Shown here in pieces: positions 1-13,250 of a DNA stretch of 64,000 bases (positions within the stretch are counted from its first letter, which is position 1; every line of letters starts with the position of its first letter). The notes below the pieces were generated by a model that was given only the letters and a program-made list of their open reading frames with translations, was not told the origin of the DNA and made no database searches. Source of the stretch: Octopus vulgaris (lineage: Eukaryota). The translations under genes were made by a program, and so were the position numbers. The DNA is taken from NCBI GenBank assembly GCA_951406725.2, contig OX597828.1:38936001-39000000 (forward strand), read 5' to 3'.

Positions 1-1584
1 GTTACAAACAGAGAAAGGAAACCTGCCATTTATTTGTCTTCTTACAATATGACCGGATGTTATTATTCTCATCTCAGATAAGACTGGTAAATGCATACAA
101 GCATGATCTGTATATACTCTTAATACAGGTGGAGTGAGGGGCTTTATATTCGTCTTAGTTCCACCCCTATTCTTGAATTTACAGTATATATACATATATA
201 TTGATATATAGAAAGAGAGATAGAAACAGACAGAGATAGGCTTGTGAACATGTTATAAGAAGACAAACTTATCATCATCATCATCATTTTCCATTATCCA
301 CTTTTCCATGCCTACATTGGTTAGATGAAAGTTTGTAGAAGGATTTTTCTACAGCTGGTCGTTCTTCCTTTCACCCAACACTCACCCGTTTCCAAACAAG
401 GTAATGTTTCCCCGTAGTCTATCAAACAATGAACAGCCCAAATATATTTTTGCAATGACAGCACAAACTGTGGCTTTTGTTTACAACCAACACATATATG
501 TCAACATGACATAGATACACACTCACACAGACATGTACACATATATACATATACATGGGTGTGTGTGTGTAAGAGAGAGAGAAAGACTGATCTTTCCAGT
601 TTCTATTTAACAAATTTCATTCGAGGCATTGGTCAATTCATAACTATCATAGAAGACACCAACCAGAAGTGTCCACACAATGGGAACTGACCCTCAACCA
701 CAGTAAACTTCTTAACCATACAGCAATGCCTGTACCTGTATATATATAGATAGATATTATATTAAATTAGAGATAAAACCACTATTAGGCAAATCAAACA
801 GTGAAAAACATAAGCCAATACATAAAATTAAGTTTAAAATATAAAAGTTAAAAATTTAAAAATTATTTAAATAATTTAAACTTATAAATTTTAAATATAT
901 ATATATGTATTTATATTTTTATATTTATATATTATTTTATTTATTTATTTATTTTATATATAAATATCAAAAGTATTAAAAGTTTAATAAACGATAAAGA
1001 TATATATATATATATATACTTTATTTAAAAGCTGCAGAAATATAACAAAAGCTGTTACTCAGAGTTTCACATTCCCATTATATTTTGTCAATATTTCTGT
1101 TGCTTTAAATAATGCATATTACTCTACCTCTGGTATTTGAGTACTCTTTCTTTCCACCTTGTTTCACATTTATGTGCTTACTCCGGTATATATATATATA
1201 TATAAGCACATAAATATATATATAAAGACAACTATCTTTGTCCCTCTTACTCTAACTTCTCACCTGACACACTGCCACTCCCCTCGGTTCCACTCCATCT
1301 CTTAACAAAGAATTTGAGCTTAGAATATGAAGATAGACAACATGCTGCTAAGCATTTTATTTGGCATGTTAATGATTCTGCCAGCTTTCCACCTTAATAA
1401 ATTAAAATACATATTAAATAAAGAATCTTTAAGCCAAGCCAACCAGCGGGTGACCTAGGGGTAGACCGAGATGGTTGGATAATAAATAAGGGTGACCTAA
1501 GGGTAGACCAAGATGGTTGGATAATATCCATGGTCTCAGTTGTTCATGCTTCCAGGAATAGCAGGTGGGGAAGATGGGTGAAAT

Positions 1585-1982
1585 TCTTTTATTCTTTTAC
1601 TTGTTTCAGTCATTTGTCTGCAGCCATGCTGTAGCACCACCTTGAAGGGTTTTAGTTGAAGAAATCGCCCCCAGGACCTACTCTTTGTAAGCCTTGAACT
1701 AATTTTAATAGCCACTTTTGCCGAACCACTAAGTTACATAAACGTAAACACACCAACATCAATTGTCAAGTGATGTTGAGGGAACAAACACAGACACACA
1801 CACATATACATATATATATGATAGGCTTCGTTTCAGTTTCTGTCTACCAAATCCACTCACAAAGCTTTCGTTGGCTCGAGGCTGTAGTAGAAGACATTTG
1901 CCCAAGGTGCCATGCAGTAGTACTGAATCCGGAACCATGTGGTTGGGAAGCGAGGTTCTTACCATGCAGCCACGCCTGCACT
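1585..1982 (-). mobile_element. SINE family A copy
   Basis: Reverse complement of the consensus. Further minus-strand copies or parts at about 2985-3190, 3260-3680, 8190-8570, 15225-15550, 31255-31680, 34185-34545, 41225-41370, 45330-45665, 48605-48775, 55770-56165, 62370-62745 and 62755-63140. Confidence 0.85.
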
Positions 1983-3197
1983 TGGACATAGTTTTTATCG
2001 GTCTTGACTTCTATATTCTTTTAAAGCCATGATATGTAGAAGGCACATAGTTGACTGGCTAGGGTATTTGGTTTACAATCATAAGGTCATGAGTTCAATC
2101 CTCAGTGGCACATTGTGTCCTTGAGCAAGAGACTTTGTTTCTTGTTGTTCCTGTCCACTTTGCTGACAAAAATGAGTTGTACTTGTCACTCAGAGGGCTG
2201 GCTTTGTCACACTCTGTGTGACTCTGAATCTTCCTGAAATCTACATTAGGGGTACACATGTCTGTGGAGTGCTCAGCCATTTACACATTAATTTTCATGA
2301 GCAGGCTCTTTGGTCAACTGCATCAACTGGAATTCTTGTGGAAACCAGCAGAGATCCAGCCATTTTTATATACAACACTACATGCAACAAACCACAGAGA
2401 GGAAATTTTGATAATCAACAATGTCTGTGTATACAGTATTTTTATGTGAATTTAACATATTCATTCTGGGATTCCTATACAAATCAGAAAGAAAGATAGA
2501 GTTGACGTTGGCAGGATTTGAACTCAGAACTAACAAAAAAAAAAAAAGGGAGTGGGGCATAGCTAACATCATTACGTATTTTGTCTGATACTCTAACGAT
2601 TCTGCCAAATCTAGAAAAAAAATCAATTCGTAAACATGATTCTAATATACAAAAAGACTGTTTCCAAGTATGTCAGCTGTATTTCTTAATGCAAAAACTG
2701 TTTCATTGAACTCAATCAATAATCTAAATCAATCAATAATTAAAACCAGGACGTGGCTTACACCCACCAGGAATGTACGTGTATTGCAGGACATTCCCTG
2801 ACTATCATAATCAATTAGTGTTACTGTAAAAGTTATTGTTAAACTACTTAACTGAATCAAATTCATAGCTTCTGGCAAAGCTAAGTAGCGGTAACTAGTT
2901 ATAGTTGAACTGCTATGTTAATGTAACAATCTATTTAGCATTTTTTAAAAAATACTTCCTGTATTAAAAACGTTTTTATCTTTGATCTTCTACGTGCTGC
3001 AGTCATTAGACTGTGGCCATGCTGGGGCACTACCCTGAAAGGTTTCGTCAGATTGATACCAGTACTTACTTTTTAAGTATCATACTTGTTCTATCAGTTT
3101 CTTTTTCTGAATCACTAAGCTACAGGGAAGTAAACAAACAAACGACAGTTGTCAAACAGTGGCAGGTGAACAAACACACACATACAAACACATACAT

Positions 3198-3261
<64 letters not shown>

Positions 3262-3677
3262 TCTTTTACTTGTTTCAGTTATTTGACTGTGGCCATGCTG
3301 GAGCACTGCCTTTAGTCGAATAAATTTACCCCAGAACTTATTCTTTGTAAGCTTAGTACTTATCCTATCAGTCTCTTTTGCTAAACCACTAAGTTACGGG
3401 GGCATAAACACATCAACATTGGTTGTCAAGCGATGGTGGAGGGACAAACACAGACACACACATACATACATACATATACATATATGTATATGTATGTGTG
3501 TGTATATATATATATATATATATTTATATGACACCCTTCTTTCAGTTTCTGTCTACCAAATCCACTCACAAGGCTGTGGTCAGCCCGAGGCTATAGTAGA
3601 AGACACTTGTCCAAGGTACCACACAGTGGGACTGAACCCAGAACCATATGGTTGGGAAGCAAGCTCCTTATCACGCA

Positions 3678-3726
<49 letters not shown>

Positions 3727-5189
3727 GCACACACACATATATATAGATAGATATAGATATAGATAGATACATACATACATAAATACAACAGGCTTCCACA
3801 CAGTTTCTATCAACTAAATTCAATCATATGCCATTGGGGGAGGGGGTAAGTCGATTACATTGATCTCAGTACTTGATTGATACTTAATTTATCAACCTTG
3901 AAAGGATGAAAGGCAAAGTCAACCTCAGTGAAATTTGAACTCAGAACATAGCGACAGATAAAATACTGTTAAGCATTTTGCCCAGTGTGCTAACGATTCT
4001 ACCAGCTCACCATCTTCAGTAATCATCATCATCATCATCTTTTAACGTCCGCTTTCCATGCTAGCATGGGTTGGACGATCTGACTGAGAACTGGCAAACC
4101 AGATGGCTGCACCAGGCTCCAATCTGATCTGGCAGAGTTTCCTACAGCTGGATGCCCTTCCTAACACCAACCACTCCGAGAGTGTAGTGGGTGCTTTTAT
4201 GTGCCACCGGCACAAGGGCCAGTCAGGCGGTACTGGCAATGGCCACGCTCAAATGGTTTTTTTTACGTGCCAACTGCACAGGAGCCAGTTCAGCAGCACT
4301 GGCAACGACCTCACTCGAATGTTTTTTCACATGCCACCGGCACAAGTGCCAGTAAGGTGACTAATAATAATAATAATAATAATAATAAAAATATAATAAA
4401 ATATATTGGATAATGTAATCCTGTATATATTTTGTCTGCAAAAAAGACAAGATGGTCACAGCTGGAATACTTATTGATTATAGATTTATTTGAGACAAAG
4501 CTGCCTTGAGTTTAAATAACAACAACAGCAACTGTAACTATATAGTCTGTTGTCAAACATTTGAAATTTGGTGAGAGAGACATTTAACCCTTTTGTTACA
4601 CATTTCTGTTGAAATACACTCTCTTTGATTTAATTAATTTTTAAAATACTTAAGAATTTAGTAAAATAATTTTGTCCTCATTAACCCTTTTCCTGTGAAA
4701 TTTTATTTCATGGCTATACCACTAATGAAGTTAAATACTCCTCCTCCTCTTCTATGTCTGCTTTGGCATGGTTTCTACAGCCGGGTGCCCTTCCTAACTT
4801 CAACCACTTAACAGAATTTACTGGGTGCTTTTTTACATGGCACCAGTGCCAGTGAAGTTACCCAGTACCTGCAAGATAAGACCCCTCAAATGAGCTGGAT
4901 ACAGACTGGAGGAATAAGAAACTATGATAGAGAGAGTGGAGCAGGTGTCTTGCTGAAGAGATGGATCCATAGCTTACTTAACTAAGAAAGTGAGAGAGAG
5001 AGAAAGAAAGAGATGTGAGGTCCAGACACAAAATGCATAAGAGAAAGAATAAGATAGAAGAGCAGAGAAGGTCAATGTGTAAGTAAGTGCATTGAGTGAA
5101 AATAGTGTAACAGATGATTAGAGATAGGAAATGAGTTGGGTGCAGAGGATATTAGCCACACTGTTTCATTCATTAAACTTCACATTGTA

Positions 5190-5798
5190 GGCATAGGAGT
5201 GGCTGTGTGGTAAGCAGCTTGCTTACGAGCCATATGCTTCCGGGTTCAGTCCCACTGTGTGGTACCTTGGGCAAGTGTCTTCTACTATAGCTTCGGGCCA
5301 ACCAAAACCTTGTGAGTGGATTTGGTAGACGGAAACTGAAAGAAGCCTGTCATATATATGTATATTTTTATTTCTCTCCTCTCCTAATATGTGTGTGTGT
5401 GTCTGTGTTTGTCTTCCCCCCAACATCGCTTGACAACCGATGATGGTGTGTTTCCGTCCCTGTAACTTAGCAGTTCGGCAAAAGAGACCGATGGAATATA
5501 ATAATAATAATAATAATTGTGTACAGTGCTCAGGTGCACTACAACTCATCTAAAGTGTATATATAATCAGGTGTAGTTTCGGCGGATTTCGGAAAGCATG
5601 AGGGCCTTAAAGGATGCAGTGTCATGGCAGTCAACAACTGACGCAGGCAGTTTATTCCACGCTTCAGCAACCCTGAGCATGAAAAATATGTACTAGGCTT
5701 ACAAAGAATAAGTCCTGGAGTTAATTTGCTCGACTAAAGGCGGTGCTCCAGCATGGCCACAGTCACATAACTGAAACAAGTAAAACAGTAAAACAGTA
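5190..5798 (+). mobile_element. SINE family A copy interrupted by a LINE tip
   Basis: Head at 5190; the tail resumes at about 5690. Confidence 0.85.
5497..5687 (-). mobile_element. 3' tip of the same CR1-like LINE family, inserted into a SINE
   Basis: Similar to 37200-37320 (atcaggtgtagt..ggaaagcatg..aaggatgcagtg..gcatgaaaaa). It has a simple-repeat tail and splits the SINE at 5190-5800. Confidence 0.75.
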
Positions 5799-6545
5799 TA
5801 TCTCATTGGTAAATAATTTCAAACATGACACTCCTCAACAAAACATAGACCGGCATATAAACTGCTTTCTGTAGTTAAGGGTTATGAAATTTTGAATGGA
5901 TATACCCACTCTCCACAGTAAAAGAGTTAAGCTGCTGTTTGAAACATGAATTAATATGGGATTTTGATGGAATATTTTAAAATAAATCTCTTTAAATCAG
6001 GAAGTTTATATCACAGAACCAGGATAATCTCAGGTGAGTTGGTATGGAAAAAGTTTTAAAAAAATTATATATGTAAGTATTAATTCTAGTTATTTTCAAG
6101 CGAGACATGTTATTTTCATGCATTGTTTTGAGAAGATTGCTTCCCAACCATATGGTCTTTGGTTCAAACTCACTATGCAAACCTTGGGCAAGTTTCTTTT
6201 GCTATAGCCCTGGGATGACCAATGCCTAGTGAATGGATTTGGTAGAAGGGAACTAAAAGAAACCTTTCATGCACACACACATATAGCTGTGTGTGTTTAT
6301 GCGTACCCTTATGTCTAGACGTCAAGTAATAGTTGTAAATAAGCATCATCATCATACAGGTAAGCAAGTTCATCTCCAGTCTTCTGTGAAAACATGTCTT
6401 GCTATGGGAAAGATATTAGCTTATTTGGGAACAGGTGACAGTTGGTGACAGGAAGAGTATCCAGCCATAAAAATCTACCTCAGCAAATTACATCTGACAT
6501 ATGAAAGCATGGAAATGAGAATGGTAAATAATGATCATGATCATA

Positions 6546-6776
6546 TCCAGTAAGTTCACCGTCATCATTTTACCACAGGGAAAGTTCACCATCATCAAAT
6601 CACCGTTTTTTTTGTTTTTCTTTTTTGTTTTCAATAAAATAGTTTTTAACTATTAATGGTGAGATACTACAGATATATTTTCTCAGTGAACTTTTCTCAC
6701 AGTGAACTTTCTTCACAGTGAATTGATGACAGTGAACTTTCCCTGTGGAGAATTGATAGTGGTGAACTTATCTGTA
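6546..6776. mobile_element. MITE / foldback-like element with about 60-bp TIRs built of about 15-bp subrepeats
   Basis: taagttcacc..ccacagggaaagttcac mirrors gtgaactttccctgtgg..ggtgaactta; repeated cagtgaa(c/t)t units. Confidence 0.75.
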
Positions 6777-6784
6777 ATTGATGA

Positions 6785-6818
<34 letters not shown>

Positions 6819-6999
6819 GGTGGTGGTGGTGGTGATGATGACGACGAAGACGATGACGACGACGACGATGATGACGACGACGACGACGAGGGGGAGGGTG
6901 GTGGTGATGGTGATAAATAAAGTTGTTTATTGAAAATATATTACAGCATGCCATGCAAATGCCTGATGTTCCAGAAGACAAAAATGGTGAATGACTAAC

Positions 7000-7145
7000 C
7001 TTGAAGAATGGCTTGGGTGGTGTACAGAAAGAGCCAGTTCCACCTTGTAGAGCTCGTTCCAGTCAATGGTAATCTCTTTCCTGATCAGAATGGGTAGAGA
7101 GATGATGTGGAGCCCAGGACACTGGACATTTCTACTACTATAGGT
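7000..7145 (-). other. candidate internal exon of an unannotated minus-strand transcript
   Basis: tttccttccAG|acc...tcaag|GTtagt; open frame TYSSRNVQCPGLHIISLPILIRKEITIDWNELYKVELALSVHHPSHSS. No recognisable homology. Confidence 0.25.
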
Positions 7146-7699
7146 CTGGAAGGAAACCTATTGGAGAACAGTTGGTACTTTGGTAACTGGAGTCCTCTAT
7201 TCATCAAGAGATATAAAAGATGGTACTGAGATTTCCCTTCTCTAAACTTATGGTGTACAATATCTCTCACCCCACTATATATACTGGTGCCACAACAAAA
7301 TCCCTCTTGCCCCAATCTTGTACCCTCTAGAACAGCTGTTCTCAACCTTTTTAATTACTGAGCCAGATTCAAATCCTGGAATCTCTGTCTCAATAGGTGT
7401 CATCAATTCAGCAGCTGTGCTACTTTGACTCCTTTTGTTGTTTTTTTAAAGACGACCAGGCATACTTTAAGAAGGATAACAAGTAGAATAAATATTTGAA
7501 ATGTGACTGACAAAATGTAAACACGAGAAAAATGAAAAACGAAAGTTGTGCAAAGTGAATTTTACATTGAAAAAAATAAGACAAAGGAAAAGAAGTAGAT
7601 GGATGTTTCAGGTGAACCCTATATCAAACTAGAGTAAGAGGCAAAATAAAAGAAGTAAGAAAAGAAATGGTACGAGTTTGAAGCACATATATATATCTT

Positions 7700-7902
7700 T
7701 CAGCGACACGAAGAGACGCGCATAAAAGCAAGAGATGCAGGAGGAAGGCCCGAGCCACCTCTGACACCACACCGGATGTTACCTTCATCTGTGGACACTT
7801 CTCACGGACCTGCCTTTCCCACATCAGACTTGTCAGTCATGAGTGTGCCTGCAGACGACATGGACAACCTTCCCAATCTTTGTTCGCGAAGCCAAGCCAT
7901 GA
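7700..7902 (+). mobile_element. RTE-like LINE extreme 3' fragment
   Basis: Basic stretch, then TFICGHFSRTCLSHIRLVSHECAC, a degenerate C-terminal CCHC-like motif of RTE elements. Confidence 0.65.
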
Positions 7903-8341
7903 CATGCTGGAGAATGTATATTTGACCATTAGGTTGGAACAGGTTTACAGACTAAGTGGTGCAAAGAGTAGATGTGGAAGACTAAGTGGTGACATGAGTG
8001 GGTAGGGGAATATGACCACTGTCCAGTGGCTGAAACAAATGAAAGTATGACCACAGTCCTACAGTTCAGTGGTTGAGATCTATTTTGGGTGAGGATGGAG
8101 GAAATACCACATCCAATTTGCCAGTGTGTACTATCAGGAGTGGAGGGAGATTTTTATTTCTCTCCTCTCCTAATCCCATCCATGAAACTGGAATAAAAGA
8201 GTAAAAGAGTTTTAGTTGAACAAATCAATGTCAGTACTTTTTTTTTAACCTGGCACTTATTCTATTGGTCTCTTATGCCAAACTTCTACATCAAAGGGAT
8301 GTAAACAAACCAACATCAACAGTAAAGTGGTTGTGGGGAAT

Positions 8342-8393
<52 letters not shown>

Positions 8394-8580
8394 ACAGAGG
8401 TATGATTGGCTTCCTTCAGTTTCCTTCTACCAAATCCACCCAGAAGGCTTTGTTCCGCCTGGGGGCTATAGTAGAAGTCACTTCCTCAGGGAACCATGCA
8501 GTAGGATGGAATCTAGAATCCTGTGGCTGAGAAGCAAACTTCTTACCACACAGCCACACCTGAACCTATAAGTAATTGTG

Positions 8581-8652
8581 TTCCCATACCAAGAATTGAA
8601 CCTGGGCCACCAGGTGACAGACCAGGAGTCTTAGCGACTAAACCACTGTGAA
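8581..8652 (-). pseudogene. degenerate tRNA-Glu-like pseudogene
   Basis: Minus strand ttcacagtggtttagtcgctaagactcctggtctgtcacctggtggcccaggttcaattcttggtatgggaa aligns by eye to eukaryotic tRNA-Glu (..GGCCCGGGTTCGACTCCCGGTATGGGAA). The stems are mismatched. Confidence 0.65.
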
Positions 8653-9134
8653 CTGAAATACCTGAAAGTTTAGAGTCCTACCCAGAGTGTAAGTAAACTG
8701 AGTAAACCAAAGTTGTTGCTGTTTAGCTGCAAGTCAACCTTGCTCAAACAGACTAATTATAACCACCCCATTTTTTTTAAGGGTGTTTAGGACTACAATG
8801 CCCTTTTAACTTAGATGGTCAGATGATTTGAGAGAGATTTGGTTACTATTTCTAGCTAGTCAAGCAACCAATTAGAAGCCCTGTCTTTCATTGGTGGTTC
8901 ATGATTCTTTTGATTGATCTTGATTTAAGACTTTGATTGATCAAGATTTGAGGCTTTGATTGATCAAGATTTGAGGCATGCAAAATTGAGTGTCCTGGCT
9001 AGCGTTACAATAGAATATTTGCAGTGAATTTGAACTTTGTGTGTGTGTGTGGTGCCTTGCTGTACTCAAGAAGACCCATCCACCATAGCAGAATTGATAC
9101 CAGTGTCAAACCCACGTAAAAAGCACCGGTACTG

Positions 9135-9660
9135 GTCATCATCATCATCATCGTTTAATGTCTGCTTTCCATGCTAGCATGGGTTGGACGATTTTGACTG
9201 CGGGCTGGCAAACCAGATGGCTGCACCAGGCTCCAGTCTTGATTTGGCAGAGTTTCTACAGCTAGATGCCCTTCCTAACGCCAACCATTCTGAGAGTGTA
9301 GTGGGTGCTTTTTACGTGCCACCAGCACAGGGGCCAGTCAGGCGGTACTGGCAACAACCTCGCTCGAATCCTTTTATGCATGCCACCAGCACAGGTGCCA
9401 GAAGGCGACTTTGGTAACGATCATACTCGAATGGTGCCCTTTTACATGCCCACTGGCATGGAAGCCAGTTGGCTGCTCTGGCAATGATCACGCTTGGATG
9501 GTGCTCTTGGTACCCTACTAGCACGGGCACAAGTGCTAGTAAGGCGGCACTGGTAACGATCACGCTCGAATGGTGCCCTTTAAGTGCCGCTGGAATGGAA
9601 GCCGATTAGCCGCTCTGTCAATAATCACGCTCGTATGGTGCTCTTTGCACCCTGTCATGT
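9135..9660 (-). mobile_element. repeat family E (Meta-domain-like core, (GAT)n tail) with an internal tandem array
   Basis: Minus-strand core ggcgttaggaagggcatctagctgtagaaa; about 6 diverged units of 55-60 bp. Other copies at about 4025-4360, 18395-18700, 18790-19028(+), 27670-27930(+), 34600-35245, 52835-53170 and 60855-61325. Confidence 0.8.
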
Positions 9661-10228
9661 AAAAAACATCCAGTACACTCTGTAAAAGGGTTGGCATTAG
9701 GAAGGGCATCCAGCTATAGAAACCATGCCAAAACAGACAAAGGGAGCCTGGTGTGGCCCCTATATAAGCACATATATACTTGCAGTGAATTTGAACACTT
9801 GGTACCTACCAACTTTGATTCAATGTTCTACCACATCACCATCGCTGTCACCAGCACTACCCCCATCACCATCATCATCGTCATCACCACCACTGCCACC
9901 ACTACCAACTATTTAACTAAATTTCTCCCTTTCTATATTTTTTCTTTTCATTTCCTCCTCTAATTTCACAGCAGAAACATAAAGTTACTTTACAAACAAA
10001 CAGAAATAAATCAAAACAAAGATCAAGACAGGAAAACGAAATGACACATTTGGAATAATTTCTCCTGGACCTGTTGTATATAATTTGACGTCACACCAGA
10101 ATTTGGTAGACTAGTTTCAAATAATGGTAAAAACTAGGACAAAAGAATTAACTGAAGCTAATTGATAGCCATTTAGTCATGCTTTTCATATATTGTTCTT
10201 ACTGCACTGTTTCTTTCTCTCTTCTCTC

Positions 10229-10264
<36 letters not shown>

Positions 10265-10439
10265 GTATTTCTCTCTTTCTGACACCCTTTCTCGCTTTCT
10301 TTGTTTTCCCTTGTTTACTCTTTTATTTTTAATTCCTGCTTTCATTATTACATATATATATATATGTTTGTCTGTCTGTCTATCTGTATGTATTTATGTA
10401 TGTATGTGTGTATACACACACACACACACACACATACTT

Positions 10440-11297
10440 GACTGCTCTCATAAATGGGAATACTAAAAGCGAACCCAACCGCTCCCCAAAATTAAGTAAA
10501 AAAACAAGAAAAATAATCCAGAATCCTTGTTCAGCAACGGATTGATCCCAAAATATAATCAGTTTGTGCCAGTTACGAGGTCAAACATACCTAAAAATTT
10601 CATCCAAATCCATTCAGCAGTTCTTGAGATATTTTGTCCACACACAACTGAAAACAATACCTCCAACTTTGCTAAGGCGGCGGTAACAAGAGCACTCAGA
10701 GAGCACAAATCTCCACCAAGGCAACACCAACGTCCTCTCAACAATTAGCCAGAGATGATTTTTAAAATGAGAATATCTGAAATTAGCTCAACTGCTCTCA
10801 AAAACGAGAGTTTTAAAAATGAACCCGACTGCTCCCAAAAATTAAGTAAAAAAAAATCAGGAAAAATAATCCAGAATCTTTATCCATTACCAGATTGATC
10901 CCAAAATCTAATCAGTTTGTGCCAGTCACAAAGCCAAATATCCTATTTCTTTACTACCCACAAGGGGCTAAACACAGAGAGGACAAAGGACAGACAAACG
11001 GATTAAGTCGATTATATCGACCCCAGTGCGCAACTGGTACTTATTTAATCGACCCCGAAAGGATTAAAGGCAAAGTCGACCTCGGCGGAATTTGAACTCA
11101 GAACATAGCGGCAGACGAAATACTGCTAAGCATTTCGCCCAGCGTGCTAACGTTTCTGCCAGCTCGCCACCTCATATCCAACATATCCCTGAAAGTTTCA
11201 TCCAAATCCATCCAGTGGTTCTTGAGATATCTTGTCCACGGACAACCAAACATGACTGAAAACAACACCTCTGCCTTCACTAAGGCGGAGGTAATAA
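10440..11297 (-). mobile_element. two head-to-tail HINE-like copies (partial 10440-10685; full 10684-11297 with a SINE inserted)
   Basis: Reverse complement of the 13987-14493 element, with the same termini. Confidence 0.7.
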
Positions 11298-11565
11298 ATG
11301 CTTCTAACATGGGTAAAAGAACTTAAATATGGGGGAGGAAAAGATGTTAGCCGATATCATTGACCCCAATACTTGACTGGCATTTTGTTTTTATCAGGCA
11401 AAGTTGACCTCAACAGGATTTGAAAAAAGCAAGTACAAATATCAGAAGCCATTTCGTGCAGCGCTGTTTGGATTTCTGTCAATCCCTAAAACAATGGTAT
11501 TCCAAAACAAATATATGAATGGGCAGAGGAATAGATGTCACGTAATTTTGAAGAAAAGGCGAGAT

Positions 11566-12832
11566 GTAGTGGTGGTGGGAATAGTGGTTGTGGTCTGGCG
11601 TGGGGGGTGGGGGGGCTGTTGTTGTTGGTGGTGGTGATGGTGATGGTGGTGGTGGTGGTGGTGGTGATTGCTGGTGGTGATGCTGCTACTGCTGCTACTA
11701 CTGCTGCTGCTACTGTTGCTGCTGCTTTGCTGGTGGTGGTGGTGGTGGTGGTGGTGGTGGTGGTAGTGGTGGTGGTGGTGGTGGTGGGAATAGTGGTTGT
11801 GGTCTGGTGGTGGTAGTGGTGATGGTGGTGATGGTGGTGGTGGTGGCGGTGGTGGTAGTGGTGATGGTGGTGGTGGTGATGGTGTGGTGGTGGTGGTGGT
11901 GGTGGTGATGCTGCTTTGCTGGTGGTGATGCTGCTACTGCTGCTACTACTGCTGCTGCTACTGTTGCTGCTGCTTTGCTGGTGGTGGTGGTGGTGGTGGT
12001 GGTGGTGGTGGTGGTGGTGGTGGTGGTGGTGGTGGTGGTGGTGGTGGTGGTGGTGGTGGTGATGGTGGTGGTGGTGGTGGTGGCGGTGGTGGTGGTAGTG
12101 GTGATGGTGGTGATGGTGGTGGTGGTGGCGGTGGTGGTAGTGGTGATGGTGGTGGTGGTGGTGGTGGTGGCGGTGGTGGTGGTGGTGGTGGTGGTGATGC
12201 TGCTTTGCTGGTGGTGATGCTGCTACTGCTGCTACTACTGCTGCTGCTACTGTTGCTGCTGGGTGTGGTGGTGGTGGTGGTGGTGGTGGTGGTGGTGGTG
12301 ATGGTGGTGGTGGTGGTGGTGGTGGCGGTGGTGGTGGTAGTGCTACTGCTTCTGCTTTACTGGTGGTGGTGGTGATGGTGGTGCTGCTAATAGAGATGGT
12401 GATAACTATGAAGAGGATGGTTCTGATTAACCATGGGTGTCCTAGAATCATCCTCCTTACCACTACAGCTGATTTGTAGAAGCATAGAAGCACCACTTAA
12501 TGGCTTTGTCTTGAGGTGCATCTTCTATCTTTGGCAGCACCAAACAGACAGGGCACAACCTTCGGCAGAATCTGAACAGGGAAGGACTTGGATTCAGCTC
12601 TGCAAGCTAACATGCTCATCAGTAATGCAATGATCCTGATGTTGCTGCTGATGCTGCTGTTGTTGTTATTGTTGCTGCTGCTGCTGCTGCTGATGATGAT
12701 GATGATAATGATGATGATAATGTTGATGCTGGTGCTGTTGCTACTGCTGTTGCTGCTGCTGTTGTGGGTGTTGCTGCTGTTGTGGTTGTTGCTGCTGTTG
12801 TTATTGTTGCTGCTGTTGCTACTGCTGCTGTT

Positions 12833-12865
<33 letters not shown>

Positions 12866-12887
12866 GCTGCTGCTGCTGCTGCTGTTT

Positions 12888-12928
<41 letters not shown>

Positions 12929-12974
12929 GCTGCTGCTGCTGCTGCTGTTTTTGTTGTTGTTGTTGTTGTTGTGT

Positions 12975-13010
<36 letters not shown>

Positions 13011-13026
13011 TTGCTGCTGCTGCTGT

Positions 13027-13064
<38 letters not shown>

Positions 13065-13250
13065 CTGCTGTTGCTGCTGTTGCTGTTGCTGCTGCTGCTG
13101 TTATTGTTGTTGTTGCTGCTGCTGTTGTTTTTGTTGTTGTTGCTGTTGTTGTTGTTGTTGTTGCTGTTGTTGTTGTTGCTGCTGTTATTATTGCTGTTGT
13201 TGTTGCTGTTGTTGCTGCTGATACTGCTTTTGTTGTTTTTGTTGCTGTTG
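11566..13250. repeat. very large compound trinucleotide block: (GGT)n region, then (TGC/TGT)n region, with a short unique spacer
   Basis: Directly visible; contains repeated higher-order cassettes. Confidence 0.95.

Noticed and set aside
1448-1525. 42-bp tandem duplication (also a 22-bp x3 repeat at about 8908-8977)
   Set aside because: Ordinary local slippage duplications with no further structure.
8581-8652. Functional tRNA gene
   Set aside because: Acceptor, D and anticodon stems are mismatched; called a pseudogene instead. SINE heads were likewise not called tRNAs.
9300-9660. Regularly spaced ~55-60-bp repeats resembling a CRISPR array
   Set aside because: Whole units are mutually similar (no unique spacers), they sit inside a dispersed eukaryotic repeat, and there are no cas genes.
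12640-13250. Possible poly-glutamine exon on the minus strand
   Set aside because: The CAG/CAA frame contains several TAA stops.
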